In this document: positions 6,885 to 15,797 of the stretch, one piece after another
Numbering within the stretch: position 1 is the stretch's first letter
Layout: each line of letters starts with the position of its first letter
Source of the DNA: a virus
Direction: 5' to 3' (one strand)
DNA: 62,793 bases
Virus record (IMG/VR): IMGVR_UViG_3300045988_104691
Notes under the pieces: model-generated
The model's input: only the letters and a program-made list of their open reading frames with translations
Databases searched by the model: none
Told to the model about the DNA's origin: nothing
Translations under genes and position numbers: made by a program

Positions 6885-7389
6885 ATACGACTTCAGTAAC
6901 CTGCGAGACGACACCCTGAAAGCGGGCATCGCAGCCCTCACCTCGCTTGGCAAACGCCAAACCGAAGTGCTGAAAGTCATGAAGGACGAGTGGCTACGCC
7001 GCACGGACGGAGGCGGCAGCGAACATGTCTCCTTCGCCGGAATAGACGCGGGCGAGATCAGCGTCAGCAAAGGCACCGAAGGCCATTATGAAGTCGTGGA
7101 CGAACGCGCATACGGCGCATGCCTTCACGATAACGAATACCTCATCCCCGGAGGCAAAAGCGCAGCCGAAGACGTGTGGATGCCCCGCGAGGAAGCGAAA
7201 TCACAAGCCTATCTCCGTGACATGGTTGAGGACCATGGTGGGGAACTCCCGCCCGGAGTCGTATGGAAGAACGGCAGGGCGCAGACCGTCACCGTGCGTC
7301 TCCAACGCGGATTCGTAGACAAAATGTTCACCACGGAAATCACACGGCAAGTATTCGGAATGCTATCCGCAAGCCCGGAGGAACAGTAA
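6865..7389 (+). CDS. Hypothetical protein upstream of recT, 174 aa
   Basis: AAGGAGG RBS. It occupies the position where exonuclease/Gam-type partners of RecT usually sit, but no motif was recognised. Confidence 0.6.
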   Translation: MAQKKTEYDFSNLRDDTLKAGIAALTSLGKRQTEVLKVMKDEWLRRTDGGGSEHVSFAGIDAGEISVSKGTEGHYEVVDERAYGACLHDNEYLIPGGKSAAEDVWMPREEAKSQAYLRDMVEDHGGELPPGVVWKNGRAQTVTVRLQRGFVDKMFTTEITRQVFGMLSASPEEQ

Positions 7390-8324
7390 TGGGCAACAGT
7401 CTCACCATCACCGACGAACAGGACGGTTGGAGCAACGCGCAGATGGCCGCATTGCAGCAGTTGGGCGTGCAGGGCGCATCCAATGCCGATCTGGCCGTAT
7501 TCCTCCACCAATGCCAGCGCACCGGCCTCGATCCGTTCTCGAAGCAGATTTACATGATCGGACGCAAAAGCAAGGAGAACGGCGCTTGGACCGTCAAACA
7601 GACCATCCAAGTAGGCATCGACGGGTTCAGGCTCATCGCACGCCGTGCCGCCGACCGACTGCATGAAACGTTCAGCGAACCGGAAACCCTCTGGTGCGGG
7701 GAGGACGGCGTATGGCGTGACGTGTGGACCGCGCCGGCACCTCCGGCAGCCGCGAAGGTGACCATCCGTCGAGGGGAAGGAACGTTCACGGGCGTCGCAC
7801 TCTACAAGGAGTATGTGGGAACTCGCTACGACAAGGCGACCGGACAGCAGGTGCCGAACAGCATGTGGCAGACGAAGCCGGTAACCATGATCGCCAAATG
7901 CGCCGAAGCACTCGCACTCCGCAAGGCATTCCCACAGGACCTTTCCGGACTGTACACGACGGATGAGATGCAGCAGGCCGACAATGCGGGCATGGAAACC
8001 ATCGAAGCGGAAATAGTTGACGAACCGGCCAATGAACGTCCTCGTAGACAGTATGCGAAACCCGTAAGGCAAGGCATGCCCGAACAGTCGCAGGCTCCGA
8101 AGGCTGGCATGGCAAGCCCCACACAGTTGAAGGAAGTCACCGACATCCTACGTGTCAACGGGGTCAAACCTGATGATGCGGACCGGTTCATCGGCAACGT
8201 CCTACACGACACTACGGCAACCTCAACGACACTCACCGCAATCCAAGCCCAGACGTTCATCGACGAATACCACAAGTACATGAGCCAACAGCAAGCCGGA
8301 AGGCAAGAAGGAGAACAGCAATGA
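7389..8324 (+). CDS. recT: RecT-family single-strand annealing protein, 311 aa
   Basis: Motifs QCQRTGLDPF, QIYMIGR, GIDGFRLIA and KPVTMIAKCAEALALRKAFPQDLSGLYT. TAATG overlap with the upstream gene. Confidence 0.9.
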   Translation: MGNSLTITDEQDGWSNAQMAALQQLGVQGASNADLAVFLHQCQRTGLDPFSKQIYMIGRKSKENGAWTVKQTIQVGIDGFRLIARRAADRLHETFSEPETLWCGEDGVWRDVWTAPAPPAAAKVTIRRGEGTFTGVALYKEYVGTRYDKATGQQVPNSMWQTKPVTMIAKCAEALALRKAFPQDLSGLYTTDEMQQADNAGMETIEAEIVDEPANERPRRQYAKPVRQGMPEQSQAPKAGMASPTQLKEVTDILRVNGVKPDDADRFIGNVLHDTTATSTTLTAIQAQTFIDEYHKYMSQQQAGRQEGEQQ

Positions 8325-9259
8325 ACAAGCCTAAGAGTTGGAGGCACGTAGCCATCGACGCAAACCAAGTGGAGGATGGAGATCGTGCCGTCTTCGACTC
8401 CAAGGACACTCCGAACCCCAATATTTTCGGTGAAGGCATCCACAATCTGGAACTCATCGACATCGCCAAACATTACGAAGACATCCTCAAGGAATGCGTC
8501 GACCGGCTCGACATGTACGAGGTATGGTACATCCGTGCGCTCATAAACAGCTTCCACCGCGTCTTCGCGGTCCGGAACGATGAAGGCAATTATTTCCCCA
8601 TCGTCGTACGCGACACGACCGGCGACACCGTCGTGCTTGTCACCGACGCCAAGTTCTACCGTGGCCTCCCCGACGAAGAGACCGGCATGCCATTGACCTG
8701 CGACGAGTTCCAACAGCAGATGGAACAGGAGAAGGAGAAAGGCATGGAGCTCTCCTCCGACGAGTTCATGAAGCTCCTGAAGGAACGCAAACCGTCTGAC
8801 GAGTTCGACGACACCATGATCGAAGCCGCCATGAAGCAGCTGCCCCACAAGCCGGGCCTATACATGGCGCAGGACGATAGCATTTGGCTGTTCGACGGTG
8901 ACTACTTCTCACTGATCAGAGAAAAGGACAAGTCCTTCCCGGGTTACCGTGTGTACGGTATCAGAAGGTTCGCCCGCACCAGTCTCGAATCGGGATGTTT
9001 CCCATTCCACGACTATATTCTGCCGGACGAACCGGGATACTACCGTTCCGCCGACAAAGTCCGCCTCTACTACCTCGACTGTAGGGGAGTATGGAAGCTC
9101 GTAGCGGCGGCCCTCACCCCAATTGAGCAATACGTCGAAGAAAAGCGTGTCTGCAACTACGAATCGGCGTGGGTGTCGGAAAACATCGTCCGAAAGGACA
9201 CGCCGCTCGAACGCTGCGACCATGATCTCGTAAGCGACGAGGCACTACGCAACTTCTAG
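8321..9259 (+). CDS. Hypothetical protein with two PGYY-type domains, 312 aa
   Basis: LPHKPGLYMAQDDSIWLF and LPDEPGYYRSADKVRLYY match the domain in 3731-4084. Confidence 0.7.
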   Translation: MNKPKSWRHVAIDANQVEDGDRAVFDSKDTPNPNIFGEGIHNLELIDIAKHYEDILKECVDRLDMYEVWYIRALINSFHRVFAVRNDEGNYFPIVVRDTTGDTVVLVTDAKFYRGLPDEETGMPLTCDEFQQQMEQEKEKGMELSSDEFMKLLKERKPSDEFDDTMIEAAMKQLPHKPGLYMAQDDSIWLFDGDYFSLIREKDKSFPGYRVYGIRRFARTSLESGCFPFHDYILPDEPGYYRSADKVRLYYLDCRGVWKLVAAALTPIEQYVEEKRVCNYESAWVSENIVRKDTPLERCDHDLVSDEALRNF

Positions 9260-9260
9260 C

Positions 9261-9446
9261 ATGACGTGGACAAGAATCCAAGGCTGCACCTGCGCCAACT
9301 GTCTCGGCTCACGCTGCGGACAATGCGACAGGTGCGGCGGCACCAACTGCGCACGAGCCAACAGCCACAGGCTCCTATGCAACAAGGAAGCCATGCTGCG
9401 ACACAAGACCAAACATTCCAGGAACACCGTCAAGGAGACCATCTAA
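9261..9446 (+). CDS. Small Cys-rich protein, 61 aa
   Basis: Exactly fills the gap, with a TAATG overlap onto ssb. Ten Cys residues (CTCANCLGSRCGQCDRCGGTNC). Confidence 0.45.
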   Translation: MTWTRIQGCTCANCLGSRCGQCDRCGGTNCARANSHRLLCNKEAMLRHKTKHSRNTVKETI

Positions 9447-9973
9447 TGGCCGGAGAAACCACCATCACGATCATCGGCAACCTCACCGCCGACCCAGAAC
9501 CCCACACCACCAACACCGGAATCCACGTCGTCGGCTTCACCATCGCATCCACGCCGCGCACGTTCAACCGTCAGACGAACCAGTTCGAGGACGGTCAGGC
9601 ACTGTTCATCCGCTGTTCCGCATGGCGTGACATGGCCGACCATGTGGCCCAAACCCTCCACAAGGGCATGAGGGTCATCGCACAGGGCCGACTCGAACAG
9701 AACGAGTACACCGACCAGCAGGGCAACAAGCGTACCAGCATCCAAATGCAGGTGGACGAGATCGGACCCTCGCTGCGGTATGCGACTGCGCAGGTCACGC
9801 GCACCACGCAACAGCAGAACAACGGCTACCAGCAGCAGACGCAGGCCCCGCAGTACGGTCAACAGCAGACCGCGCCCAACATTCCCGGCGTAGGCAACGA
9901 CGTGTGGAGCCAATCCCAAGCGGCGGCGGACTTCGGCGGCTTCGGAGGCGGCAATGGCGAACCTGCCTTCTAA
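9446..9973 (+). CDS. ssb: Single-stranded DNA-binding protein, 175 aa
   Basis: OB-fold N-terminus (ITIIGNLTADPE...RCSAWRDMA...RVIAQGRL) and a Q/G-rich tail ending GGNGEPAF. Confidence 0.9.
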   Translation: MAGETTITIIGNLTADPEPHTTNTGIHVVGFTIASTPRTFNRQTNQFEDGQALFIRCSAWRDMADHVAQTLHKGMRVIAQGRLEQNEYTDQQGNKRTSIQMQVDEIGPSLRYATAQVTRTTQQQNNGYQQQTQAPQYGQQQTAPNIPGVGNDVWSQSQAAADFGGFGGGNGEPAF

Positions 9974-10256
9974 CAGCGACTTCGACTACAGCCCCATGTA
10001 CGAGGACAGCCAACGCACGAAAGAATGGAAGGATAGGAGCTTCTGCGACTGGATTAACCAGCATCCCGGCGAGTCCTTGACGTACTGGAAAGAGTTCCCC
10101 ACCATCAAGAGCGCACAAGAGTTTATCCAAGTAGCCAAACACGGATGGAACGACACGGTACGCCTTGACTGGACCCTCGTGGAAGCAGGCGTAGTGGCCT
10201 ACTCCATCAACGACAAGGGACCCATCTACCAAGTCTGGATGCGTCTCATCGCATGA
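9954..10256 (+). CDS. Hypothetical protein, 100 aa
   Basis: A GGAGG RBS precedes the ATG. Confidence 0.6.
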   Translation: MANLPSNSDFDYSPMYEDSQRTKEWKDRSFCDWINQHPGESLTYWKEFPTIKSAQEFIQVAKHGWNDTVRLDWTLVEAGVVAYSINDKGPIYQVWMRLIA

Positions 10257-10343
10257 CCCCAGTAACCATCATGCGAGTGCCCCCGCGAACATGGGGCACC
10301 GCACACACCCCACAGACCATACAGGGACCGGTGACAACAACCA

Positions 10344-10808
10344 ATGAACAGCATCGAATTCGACGTGATCGGCGAACCCGCCCCCAAAGGCAGCTACAAT
10401 GCGGTCACCAACCGGCGAACCGGCAAAACCGCGTTCATCCCCAACAACAAGCGGGAAATGCCATGGCGGCAAAACGTCGAACACGCAGCCATGAAAGCAT
10501 GGCACGACCGGACCGGCGCCCCGACCATGCCACGCTTGGACGGGCCACTCACCTTCAACGCAGTGTTCTACCTCACCCGACCCAAAACCGTAAAACGCAT
10601 CCTACCCACCGCCAAGAACGACCTCGACAAGATCATCCGAAGCACATGGGACGCGCTCACCCAAAGCGGCCTCATCGCCGACGACGGCAGAATCTGGCAG
10701 ATCGGCCACGCCAGCAAACGGTACGTCGACAGCCAACACAAGCACGGAGCGCACATCACCATCCAATGGGACAGGCCACAAGACCACGAAAAGGAGCGGC
10801 AACCATGA
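10344..10808 (+). CDS. rusA: RusA-family Holliday junction resolvase, 154 aa
   Basis: PKGS..., LDGPLTFNAVFYLTRPK and DLDKIIRSTWDALTQSGLIADDGRI. Confidence 0.85.
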   Translation: MNSIEFDVIGEPAPKGSYNAVTNRRTGKTAFIPNNKREMPWRQNVEHAAMKAWHDRTGAPTMPRLDGPLTFNAVFYLTRPKTVKRILPTAKNDLDKIIRSTWDALTQSGLIADDGRIWQIGHASKRYVDSQHKHGAHITIQWDRPQDHEKERQP

Positions 10809-10993
10809 CCATCGGCATCACAGTCGGACTCATCACCACCGTCATAGGAGTGAGCATGGCACGATTCGCCCTCCACCGCAGCCACCGGGCAAGCCCCGAC
10901 CCACACGACGACGAACTCTGGCATGCAAGCACGTTCCTCACCGTCGTCGGCCTCATCATCACACTCACCAGTTGGGGAATCGGGCTGAAATGA
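10805..10993 (+). CDS. Small two-TM membrane protein, 62 aa
   Basis: ATGA-type coupling. Hydrophobic segments ITVGLITTVIGVSMA and FLTVVGLIITLTSWGIGL. Confidence 0.5.
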   Translation: MTIGITVGLITTVIGVSMARFALHRSHRASPDPHDDELWHASTFLTVVGLIITLTSWGIGLK

Positions 10994-11736
10994 GCGAGGA
11001 GGAAGAATTGAAGGAAGGATACGCCCGACTACGCAACGACTTCTGGTCCAACGTGAAGATTAGGAAACTCCAGAAAGCCAACCCGTCAGCCGGACTCATC
11101 TACGTACGCAGCATCGCCTACGCGTCAGACCGGCTCACAGACGGAGACCTCACCATCGACGACCTCGACCTCAACCTCGGAGCCACACAGGAGGAAATCG
11201 ACACGCTCGTAGAAGCCGGACTGTTCGAACCCTCCACCATCGGCTACCACATCCACGACTACCTGAACACCAACCGCAGTCGCGAAGAGATCACCGGCAC
11301 AACCAGCAGGAACACGGAACGCAAACGGAGAAGCCGCATGAACGCGAAAGTCGTCAACGGCGAATACACGGCAGAGTTCGAAGCGTTCTGGAAAGCCTAC
11401 CCGCGCAAAGTGGACAAGCGGGCCGCATTCAAGGCATGGGCCACCGCCATAAGGGAAACCGACGCGGACACGCTCATCCAAGCGGCGGCGGCCTACTCAC
11501 GCCAATGCGCCACGGCCGTAACCGGAGCCCGCTACATCAAACACGCGGCCACATGGCTACACGGCGGCTGTTGGGAAAACCCGGACGAACCCACATCCAC
11601 CGCCATCACCGGCTACGGAAACCCACGGCAATCCAAAAGCCAAACGAACCTGCAAAACAACCTCCAACGCACATGGCAATACATGAGCGAAGAGGAACGC
11701 CAACAGGCAACAAGAGGAGGCGCCAATGCTGTCTGA
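10990..11736 (+). CDS. Replisome organizer / DnaD-like replication initiation protein, 248 aa
   Basis: N-terminal FWSNVKIRKLQ...GLIYVRSIAYA pattern. C-terminal EFEAFWKAYPRKVDKRAAFKAW...ATWLHGGCWEN motif is common in phage replication proteins. Confidence 0.65.
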   Translation: MSEEEELKEGYARLRNDFWSNVKIRKLQKANPSAGLIYVRSIAYASDRLTDGDLTIDDLDLNLGATQEEIDTLVEAGLFEPSTIGYHIHDYLNTNRSREEITGTTSRNTERKRRSRMNAKVVNGEYTAEFEAFWKAYPRKVDKRAAFKAWATAIRETDADTLIQAAAAYSRQCATAVTGARYIKHAATWLHGGCWENPDEPTSTAITGYGNPRQSKSQTNLQNNLQRTWQYMSEEERQQATRGGANAV

Positions 11737-12229
11737 CGGGGAAATCGCAAAACTGCTCACCCTCATCAACTCACACCACGGCAACGCGCAATGGGACGAA
11801 CTACAGTTCAAGAACTTCAAACGCGAACTCAACCCCAAAAACAGCGTAGAAGACGTACAACAAGCCGTCGCCCGCTTCTACTCCAACAATCCCGGACGAT
11901 GGATGAGCGTAGGCGACGTAAACCTCTTCTGCCGCAAACTACGCGAACAACGACTCCCCAGCGAAGCATTGATAGGAGAACTCGCAGCCCAAGCCAAACC
12001 CGCAAACACGGAACAATACCTCCAATACCGGCGAACCCTGATCGACGCCATCGGCACCAGCCGACTCCCCATCAGCCAAGCCCACCAAAAAGCCATCGAG
12101 GAGATGAAACACCCCAAACAAATCCAATCCAAACCCACCACCCGCACCATACGACATCGAGGAATCGACCGACTATCGAACATCCTCCCACCACCCCCAA
12201 CAGGAGAAGGCCAATGCCGGCAAGGATAA
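11726..12229 (+). CDS. Hypothetical protein, 167 aa
   Basis: Coupled ORF. No motif recognised. Confidence 0.6.
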   Translation: MLSDGEIAKLLTLINSHHGNAQWDELQFKNFKRELNPKNSVEDVQQAVARFYSNNPGRWMSVGDVNLFCRKLREQRLPSEALIGELAAQAKPANTEQYLQYRRTLIDAIGTSRLPISQAHQKAIEEMKHPKQIQSKPTTRTIRHRGIDRLSNILPPPPTGEGQCRQG

Positions 12230-12990
12230 ACCACTACGGCATCAACGAGTCAATCGCCTCACAGAAACGATACCGAAAACAACTCAAACGGGAACGACGA
12301 CTCCTCCAAGAACTCGAACCTCCGGAACCCACCCCGGTAGACCTGAGCGGCCTCGACCAGCTCATCGCCGAATACCGCACCCCAAAAACAAAGGAACCCA
12401 CCATGCAGCAAGAACAGAACACCCGACTCGTCTGGATAGACGTGGAAACCTGCGGCCTCGACCCGCAGATCAACCCACTCCTCGAAATCAACCTCATCAT
12501 CAGCAGGCTGGACGCCACATACAAGCCCGAAGACGTATACCACCAGTGCATCCAACTCCCCGAAAACACCATGCTCTCCAGCATCAGCGAATGGGCGTTG
12601 GAACACCACACCGCCAACGGACTCCTCAACGCATGCAGGGGAGAAAACAAGAACGACCCAGCCGCCACATTGAAGGAAGCGGACACAAAACTCACCGTAT
12701 GGTTGGACGGCTACAAGAACCTCACCCTCCACCCGGCAGGAACCAACGTGGACTTCGACCTCCGCTACCTGAAACACAACCTCGCCATCAGCATCCCCAG
12801 CATCAACCGGTGGAGCCACCGCCACCTCGACCTGAGCACATTCCGCCTCACCGACATGGCATTGGGCCAAGACCCCTACGATTCCAGCCACACGACCACA
12901 CACCGCGGCCTGACATGCATCCGCCGAGACATCGAAGACTACAAGCGTTACATGAACAGGCTCGACACCGGATGGAAGAAAGCAGCATGA
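12214..12990 (+). CDS. orn: Oligoribonuclease (Orn)-like DEDDh 3'-5' exonuclease with N-terminal extension, 258 aa
   Basis: Aligns by eye to E. coli Orn: LVWIDVETCGLDP (ExoI), SEWALEHHTANGLL, AGTNVDFDLRYL (ExoII), THRGLTCIRRDIEDY (ExoIII, H-x4-D). Confidence 0.8.
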   Translation: MPARINHYGINESIASQKRYRKQLKRERRLLQELEPPEPTPVDLSGLDQLIAEYRTPKTKEPTMQQEQNTRLVWIDVETCGLDPQINPLLEINLIISRLDATYKPEDVYHQCIQLPENTMLSSISEWALEHHTANGLLNACRGENKNDPAATLKEADTKLTVWLDGYKNLTLHPAGTNVDFDLRYLKHNLAISIPSINRWSHRHLDLSTFRLTDMALGQDPYDSSHTTTHRGLTCIRRDIEDYKRYMNRLDTGWKKAA

Positions 12991-13259
12991 GCGGACGCAG
13001 ACTCACATGGAAAGGACGGCAGTGGACCATCCGCCAATGCGAAACGGTCACCGCACTCGCAGACGGACAACAACCACATGCGGCGCCACAAACGTTCGCG
13101 ACGCTCATGAAACGACGCATCATCCAATACATGCCCCAAGGATACAGGCTCACCAAAAACGGCATGTCGTTCGCACGACGCCTCTCATGGGCCGAACCCG
13201 ACCCTCCACTACCCAAGCCGCCCGAATGCTTCGAAATCTACCCAACCTGCGAATACTAA
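12987..13259 (+). CDS. Hypothetical protein, 90 aa
   Basis: ATGA overlap with the upstream gene. Confidence 0.55.
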   Translation: MSGRRLTWKGRQWTIRQCETVTALADGQQPHAAPQTFATLMKRRIIQYMPQGYRLTKNGMSFARRLSWAEPDPPLPKPPECFEIYPTCEY

Positions 13260-13273
13260 GGAGAACCACTATC

Positions 13274-13711
13274 ATGTTGGAAACGCTCAAATTCCAGAAG
13301 CTCGACCGTCGAGCCAAACTCACCCAAGCGCACGACGGCGACGCCGGATACGATCTGAGCTGCCTCGACGGATTCAAACTCGACGGGGGAGAACGCGCCA
13401 CCATCGGCACCGGCCTCGCCGTCGAACTGCCCGAAGGCTACGCGGCCTTCGTGATGAGCAGGTCCGGCCTCGCATCGAAATACGGCGTGTTCATCCCCAA
13501 CGGTCCCGGCGTCGTGGACTCCGGTTACAGGGGAGAGATCAAGGTCGTCCTCTACAATTCCTCCCTCACCCCGGTCAGGTTCAAACCGGGCGACCGTATC
13601 GCCCAACTCGTCATCCAAAAGGTCGAAACCCCACAAATCATGTTCGTCGCCGCAATCAGCCACGACACGGACCGCGACACCAACGGCTTCGGAAGCACGG
13701 GGGTAGCCTGA
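13274..13711 (+). CDS. dut: dUTP diphosphatase, 145 aa
   Basis: AGYDL, SRSGLA, GVVDSGYRGEI, GDRIAQLV, and C-terminal RDTNGFGSTG. AAGGAG RBS. Confidence 0.9.
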   Translation: MLETLKFQKLDRRAKLTQAHDGDAGYDLSCLDGFKLDGGERATIGTGLAVELPEGYAAFVMSRSGLASKYGVFIPNGPGVVDSGYRGEIKVVLYNSSLTPVRFKPGDRIAQLVIQKVETPQIMFVAAISHDTDRDTNGFGSTGVA

Positions 13712-14049
13712 TGAACACCCCATCCTACTACGGTGATGCCCCGTTTGAAGCATGGGATTTAAGCAGCCTATACACGTCGGATTGGGGTCAGGTCATCCAA
13801 TACGTGTTCCGATGGCAAGGCAAGAACGGGTTGCAGGACTTGCAGAAGGCCGTGGACTTCGCCCGTCATGCCATCGCGAACAACGACCGGCCCATCCCGT
13901 GGAAGCATGCACCCCATGCGGGCAAGCTACTCCGCCAATTGCAGTCGATCGGCTGGGCTGACGCGACACACGTATGGAAGGCATTACGCCGCAGGGATGG
14001 GAATGCCACGTTGGACGCGATCAAAACCCTCATCAAGGAGCATAAATGA
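13711..14049 (+). CDS. DUF3310-like protein, 112 aa; paralog of 18333-18722
   Basis: PSYYGD..FEAWDL...WGQVIQYVFRWQGKNGLQDLQKAVDF matches the DUF3310 pattern and the second copy. Confidence 0.65.
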   Translation: MNTPSYYGDAPFEAWDLSSLYTSDWGQVIQYVFRWQGKNGLQDLQKAVDFARHAIANNDRPIPWKHAPHAGKLLRQLQSIGWADATHVWKALRRRDGNATLDAIKTLIKEHK

Positions 14050-14264
14050 CCAGTAGAATCGTCTGCCCGTTCTGCGATGAACCGGCAGTAATCAAGAAAA
14101 GTTCAAACACCAAATACGATTCCCCGACTTACACGACCATAACCATCTACGCCTACGCGTGTCCGAAAGGCCACTTGCAAAGCGCATGGTATCCGAATGC
14201 CGAAGCCGCATTCAAGGCATGGGTGCGCCTAGTGAAAATGACCGAACAGGAGGACAAGTCATGA
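14046..14264 (+). CDS. Lar-like zinc-ribbon protein, 72 aa
   Basis: CPFCDE...ACPKGH plus AEAAFKAW, a Lar-family-like pattern. This is the second such gene in the genome. Confidence 0.5.
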   Translation: MTSRIVCPFCDEPAVIKKSSNTKYDSPTYTTITIYAYACPKGHLQSAWYPNAEAAFKAWVRLVKMTEQEDKS

Positions 14265-14503
14265 CCACTATTAACGAGGATAGGCAACTGCTCAGGGATT
14301 TCAAACGCCTACGCAGACGTCTCCGCAAGGGCAATAAGCTTACGACATTCATCCGCACGCGGGACTGGCTTTATTTCAATAAAGATCAGAAACGTATCTA
14401 CTTCGATATCGGCAACGACTTGAACTGTGCGCAAGGCCATGTGGACGGCATCATTATCGAACTTAAGAAGACCATACGAGACAAGGAGAAAGAGCATGAG
14501 TGA
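14261..14503 (+). CDS. Hypothetical protein, 80 aa
   Basis: ATGA coupling. Basic N-terminus. Confidence 0.55.
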   Translation: MTTINEDRQLLRDFKRLRRRLRKGNKLTTFIRTRDWLYFNKDQKRIYFDIGNDLNCAQGHVDGIIIELKKTIRDKEKEHE

Positions 14504-14771
14504 GAAGGAACGGTTGGAAGCCGCAGCCGAACGCTACGAAGCGTTGAAGTATGTATTGCGCGACCCCTTACACACGAGGAATCTCGGCAGGGAAGACACC
14601 CTACGCGAACTCATCGACTGGGTGAACGCCGAAATCGAAGCAAAAGCGAATGAACCTATCGGATTCCGTGACTACGAATACATCAACGGTCTCAGTGACG
14701 CATACCAACTCGTACTCGACCATTGCGAAAACCTACTCAACAAGGAGACTAATCATGGCAACGAACGTTAG
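14496..14771 (+). CDS. Hypothetical helical protein, 91 aa
   Basis: Coupled ORF with an AAGGAGAAAGAG RBS region. Confidence 0.55.
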   Translation: MSEKERLEAAAERYEALKYVLRDPLHTRNLGREDTLRELIDWVNAEIEAKANEPIGFRDYEYINGLSDAYQLVLDHCENLLNKETNHGNER

Positions 14772-14967
14772 CGAGATGGAGAAAGCATACAGCGAAGCCA
14801 TCGAGTGGCTGATAGCCCAAGCCCTAGAGGAAGAAAGCCAATTCCGTTACGGTGGAGAACTCGAATATCTGGATCACTTCGCCCGAAGCGACACATACCG
14901 TGACGCGGCAGACCACCTCCAACACATATTCAACTCCCTAATCGGCAATCCAGAAAGCGAGAAATGA
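14755..14967 (+). CDS. Hypothetical protein, 70 aa, MATNVSE N-terminus
   Basis: AAGGAG RBS. The N-terminus MATNVSEMEK is shared with the next gene. Confidence 0.55.
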   Translation: MATNVSEMEKAYSEAIEWLIAQALEEESQFRYGGELEYLDHFARSDTYRDAADHLQHIFNSLIGNPESEK

Positions 14968-15185
14968 TGGCGACGAACGTGAGTGAGCGAGACAAGACCC
15001 TACGTGAGGTCATGAACTTGATTGATAAGCAACTTGCCCGTGTGGTGCATTTGGAGCATTTCGGACCCAATGCGCAAGGCCAGTATACTGCGCTTCTCAT
15101 TCTCAAAGGCCAGATCAAATCCATGCTCGGCTACAGCGGTTCCATGCCAAGCGAAGTGCCAAACCAAAGCGAGGACGCAAAATGA
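14964..15185 (+). CDS. Hypothetical protein, 73 aa, MMATNVSE N-terminus (tandem paralog)
   Basis: ATGATG coupling. The N-terminus repeats that of 14755-14967. Confidence 0.55.
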   Translation: MMATNVSERDKTLREVMNLIDKQLARVVHLEHFGPNAQGQYTALLILKGQIKSMLGYSGSMPSEVPNQSEDAK

Positions 15186-15379
15186 TTTACCTCATCGTAG
15201 CCAATCAAATCATGGAAGTGCTCACCGACATGGACGAAGCACTCGAAGAAGCCCGCCACTATGCGCCAAAAGTCGGCGACATCACAGTCGCGGACGTGGC
15301 GACCGGCAGAAAGCTGATAGTCACAGCCGATGGCAAGGCCACCGACATGGATGCGAACATGAGGGCGGTGAACAGGTGA
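15182..15379 (+). CDS. Hypothetical protein, 65 aa
   Basis: ATGA coupling. Confidence 0.55.
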   Translation: MIYLIVANQIMEVLTDMDEALEEARHYAPKVGDITVADVATGRKLIVTADGKATDMDANMRAVNR

Positions 15380-15594
15380 ACAAGAAAATTAAAGCCATCT
15401 CGGTCTGGTGGCGCATAGAAACCAACGGCACCGCCGAGATTATCGGTAGAGGTGACCTTGAAACCGCCATGAATGACGGCTATCACATCACCAGAGTCGA
15501 TACCATCCCTTTTGCAGGGGGTAACGAGAGGGCGCTCGGAATGTCATCAACGCTTATCTACATTCTCGAAAAAGAAGACGAGGGCATGAAATGA
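15376..15594 (+). CDS. Hypothetical protein, 72 aa (copy 1 of a tandem paralog pair)
   Basis: GTG start overlaps the upstream TGA. Homologous over its full length to 15591-15797. Confidence 0.5.
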   Translation: MNKKIKAISVWWRIETNGTAEIIGRGDLETAMNDGYHITRVDTIPFAGGNERALGMSSTLIYILEKEDEGMK

Positions 15595-15797
15595 GCAGTC
15601 AACACAAGGTCTGCCCGCTGTTTTGGACTGATCGCGGCTGCCGTCGCCGCTTGTCCAACATGGAGGCGCTTGAAGAGATGCTGAACGATGGTTGAAAGAT
15701 TTCACGGGTGGATACCATCCCGCCAACGGAACTTCCCACTAACGCAGTCACCGCCACGAACGTCTACATTCTTGAGAAAAGCGAGGACACGGAATGA
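15591..15797 (+). CDS. Tandem paralog interrupted by an in-frame TGA at 15693-15695 (readthrough gene or recent pseudogene)
   Basis: Starts and ends with ATGA overlaps. ...ALEEMLNDG-TGA-KISRVDTIPP...NVYILEKSEDTE aligns with ...DLETAMNDGYHITRVDTIPF...LIYILEKEDEGMK of copy 1 on both sides of the stop. Confidence 0.45.

Noticed and set aside
15693-15695. Selenocysteine (or the phage tRNAs acting as UGA suppressors) as the explanation for the in-frame TGA codons here and at 21573-21575.
   Set aside because: No obvious SECIS-like hairpin follows either TGA, and there are no selA/selB/selC-like genes. Neither phage tRNA-like element contains a TCA anticodon. Many genes in the operon clearly terminate at TGA, so global recoding is excluded.
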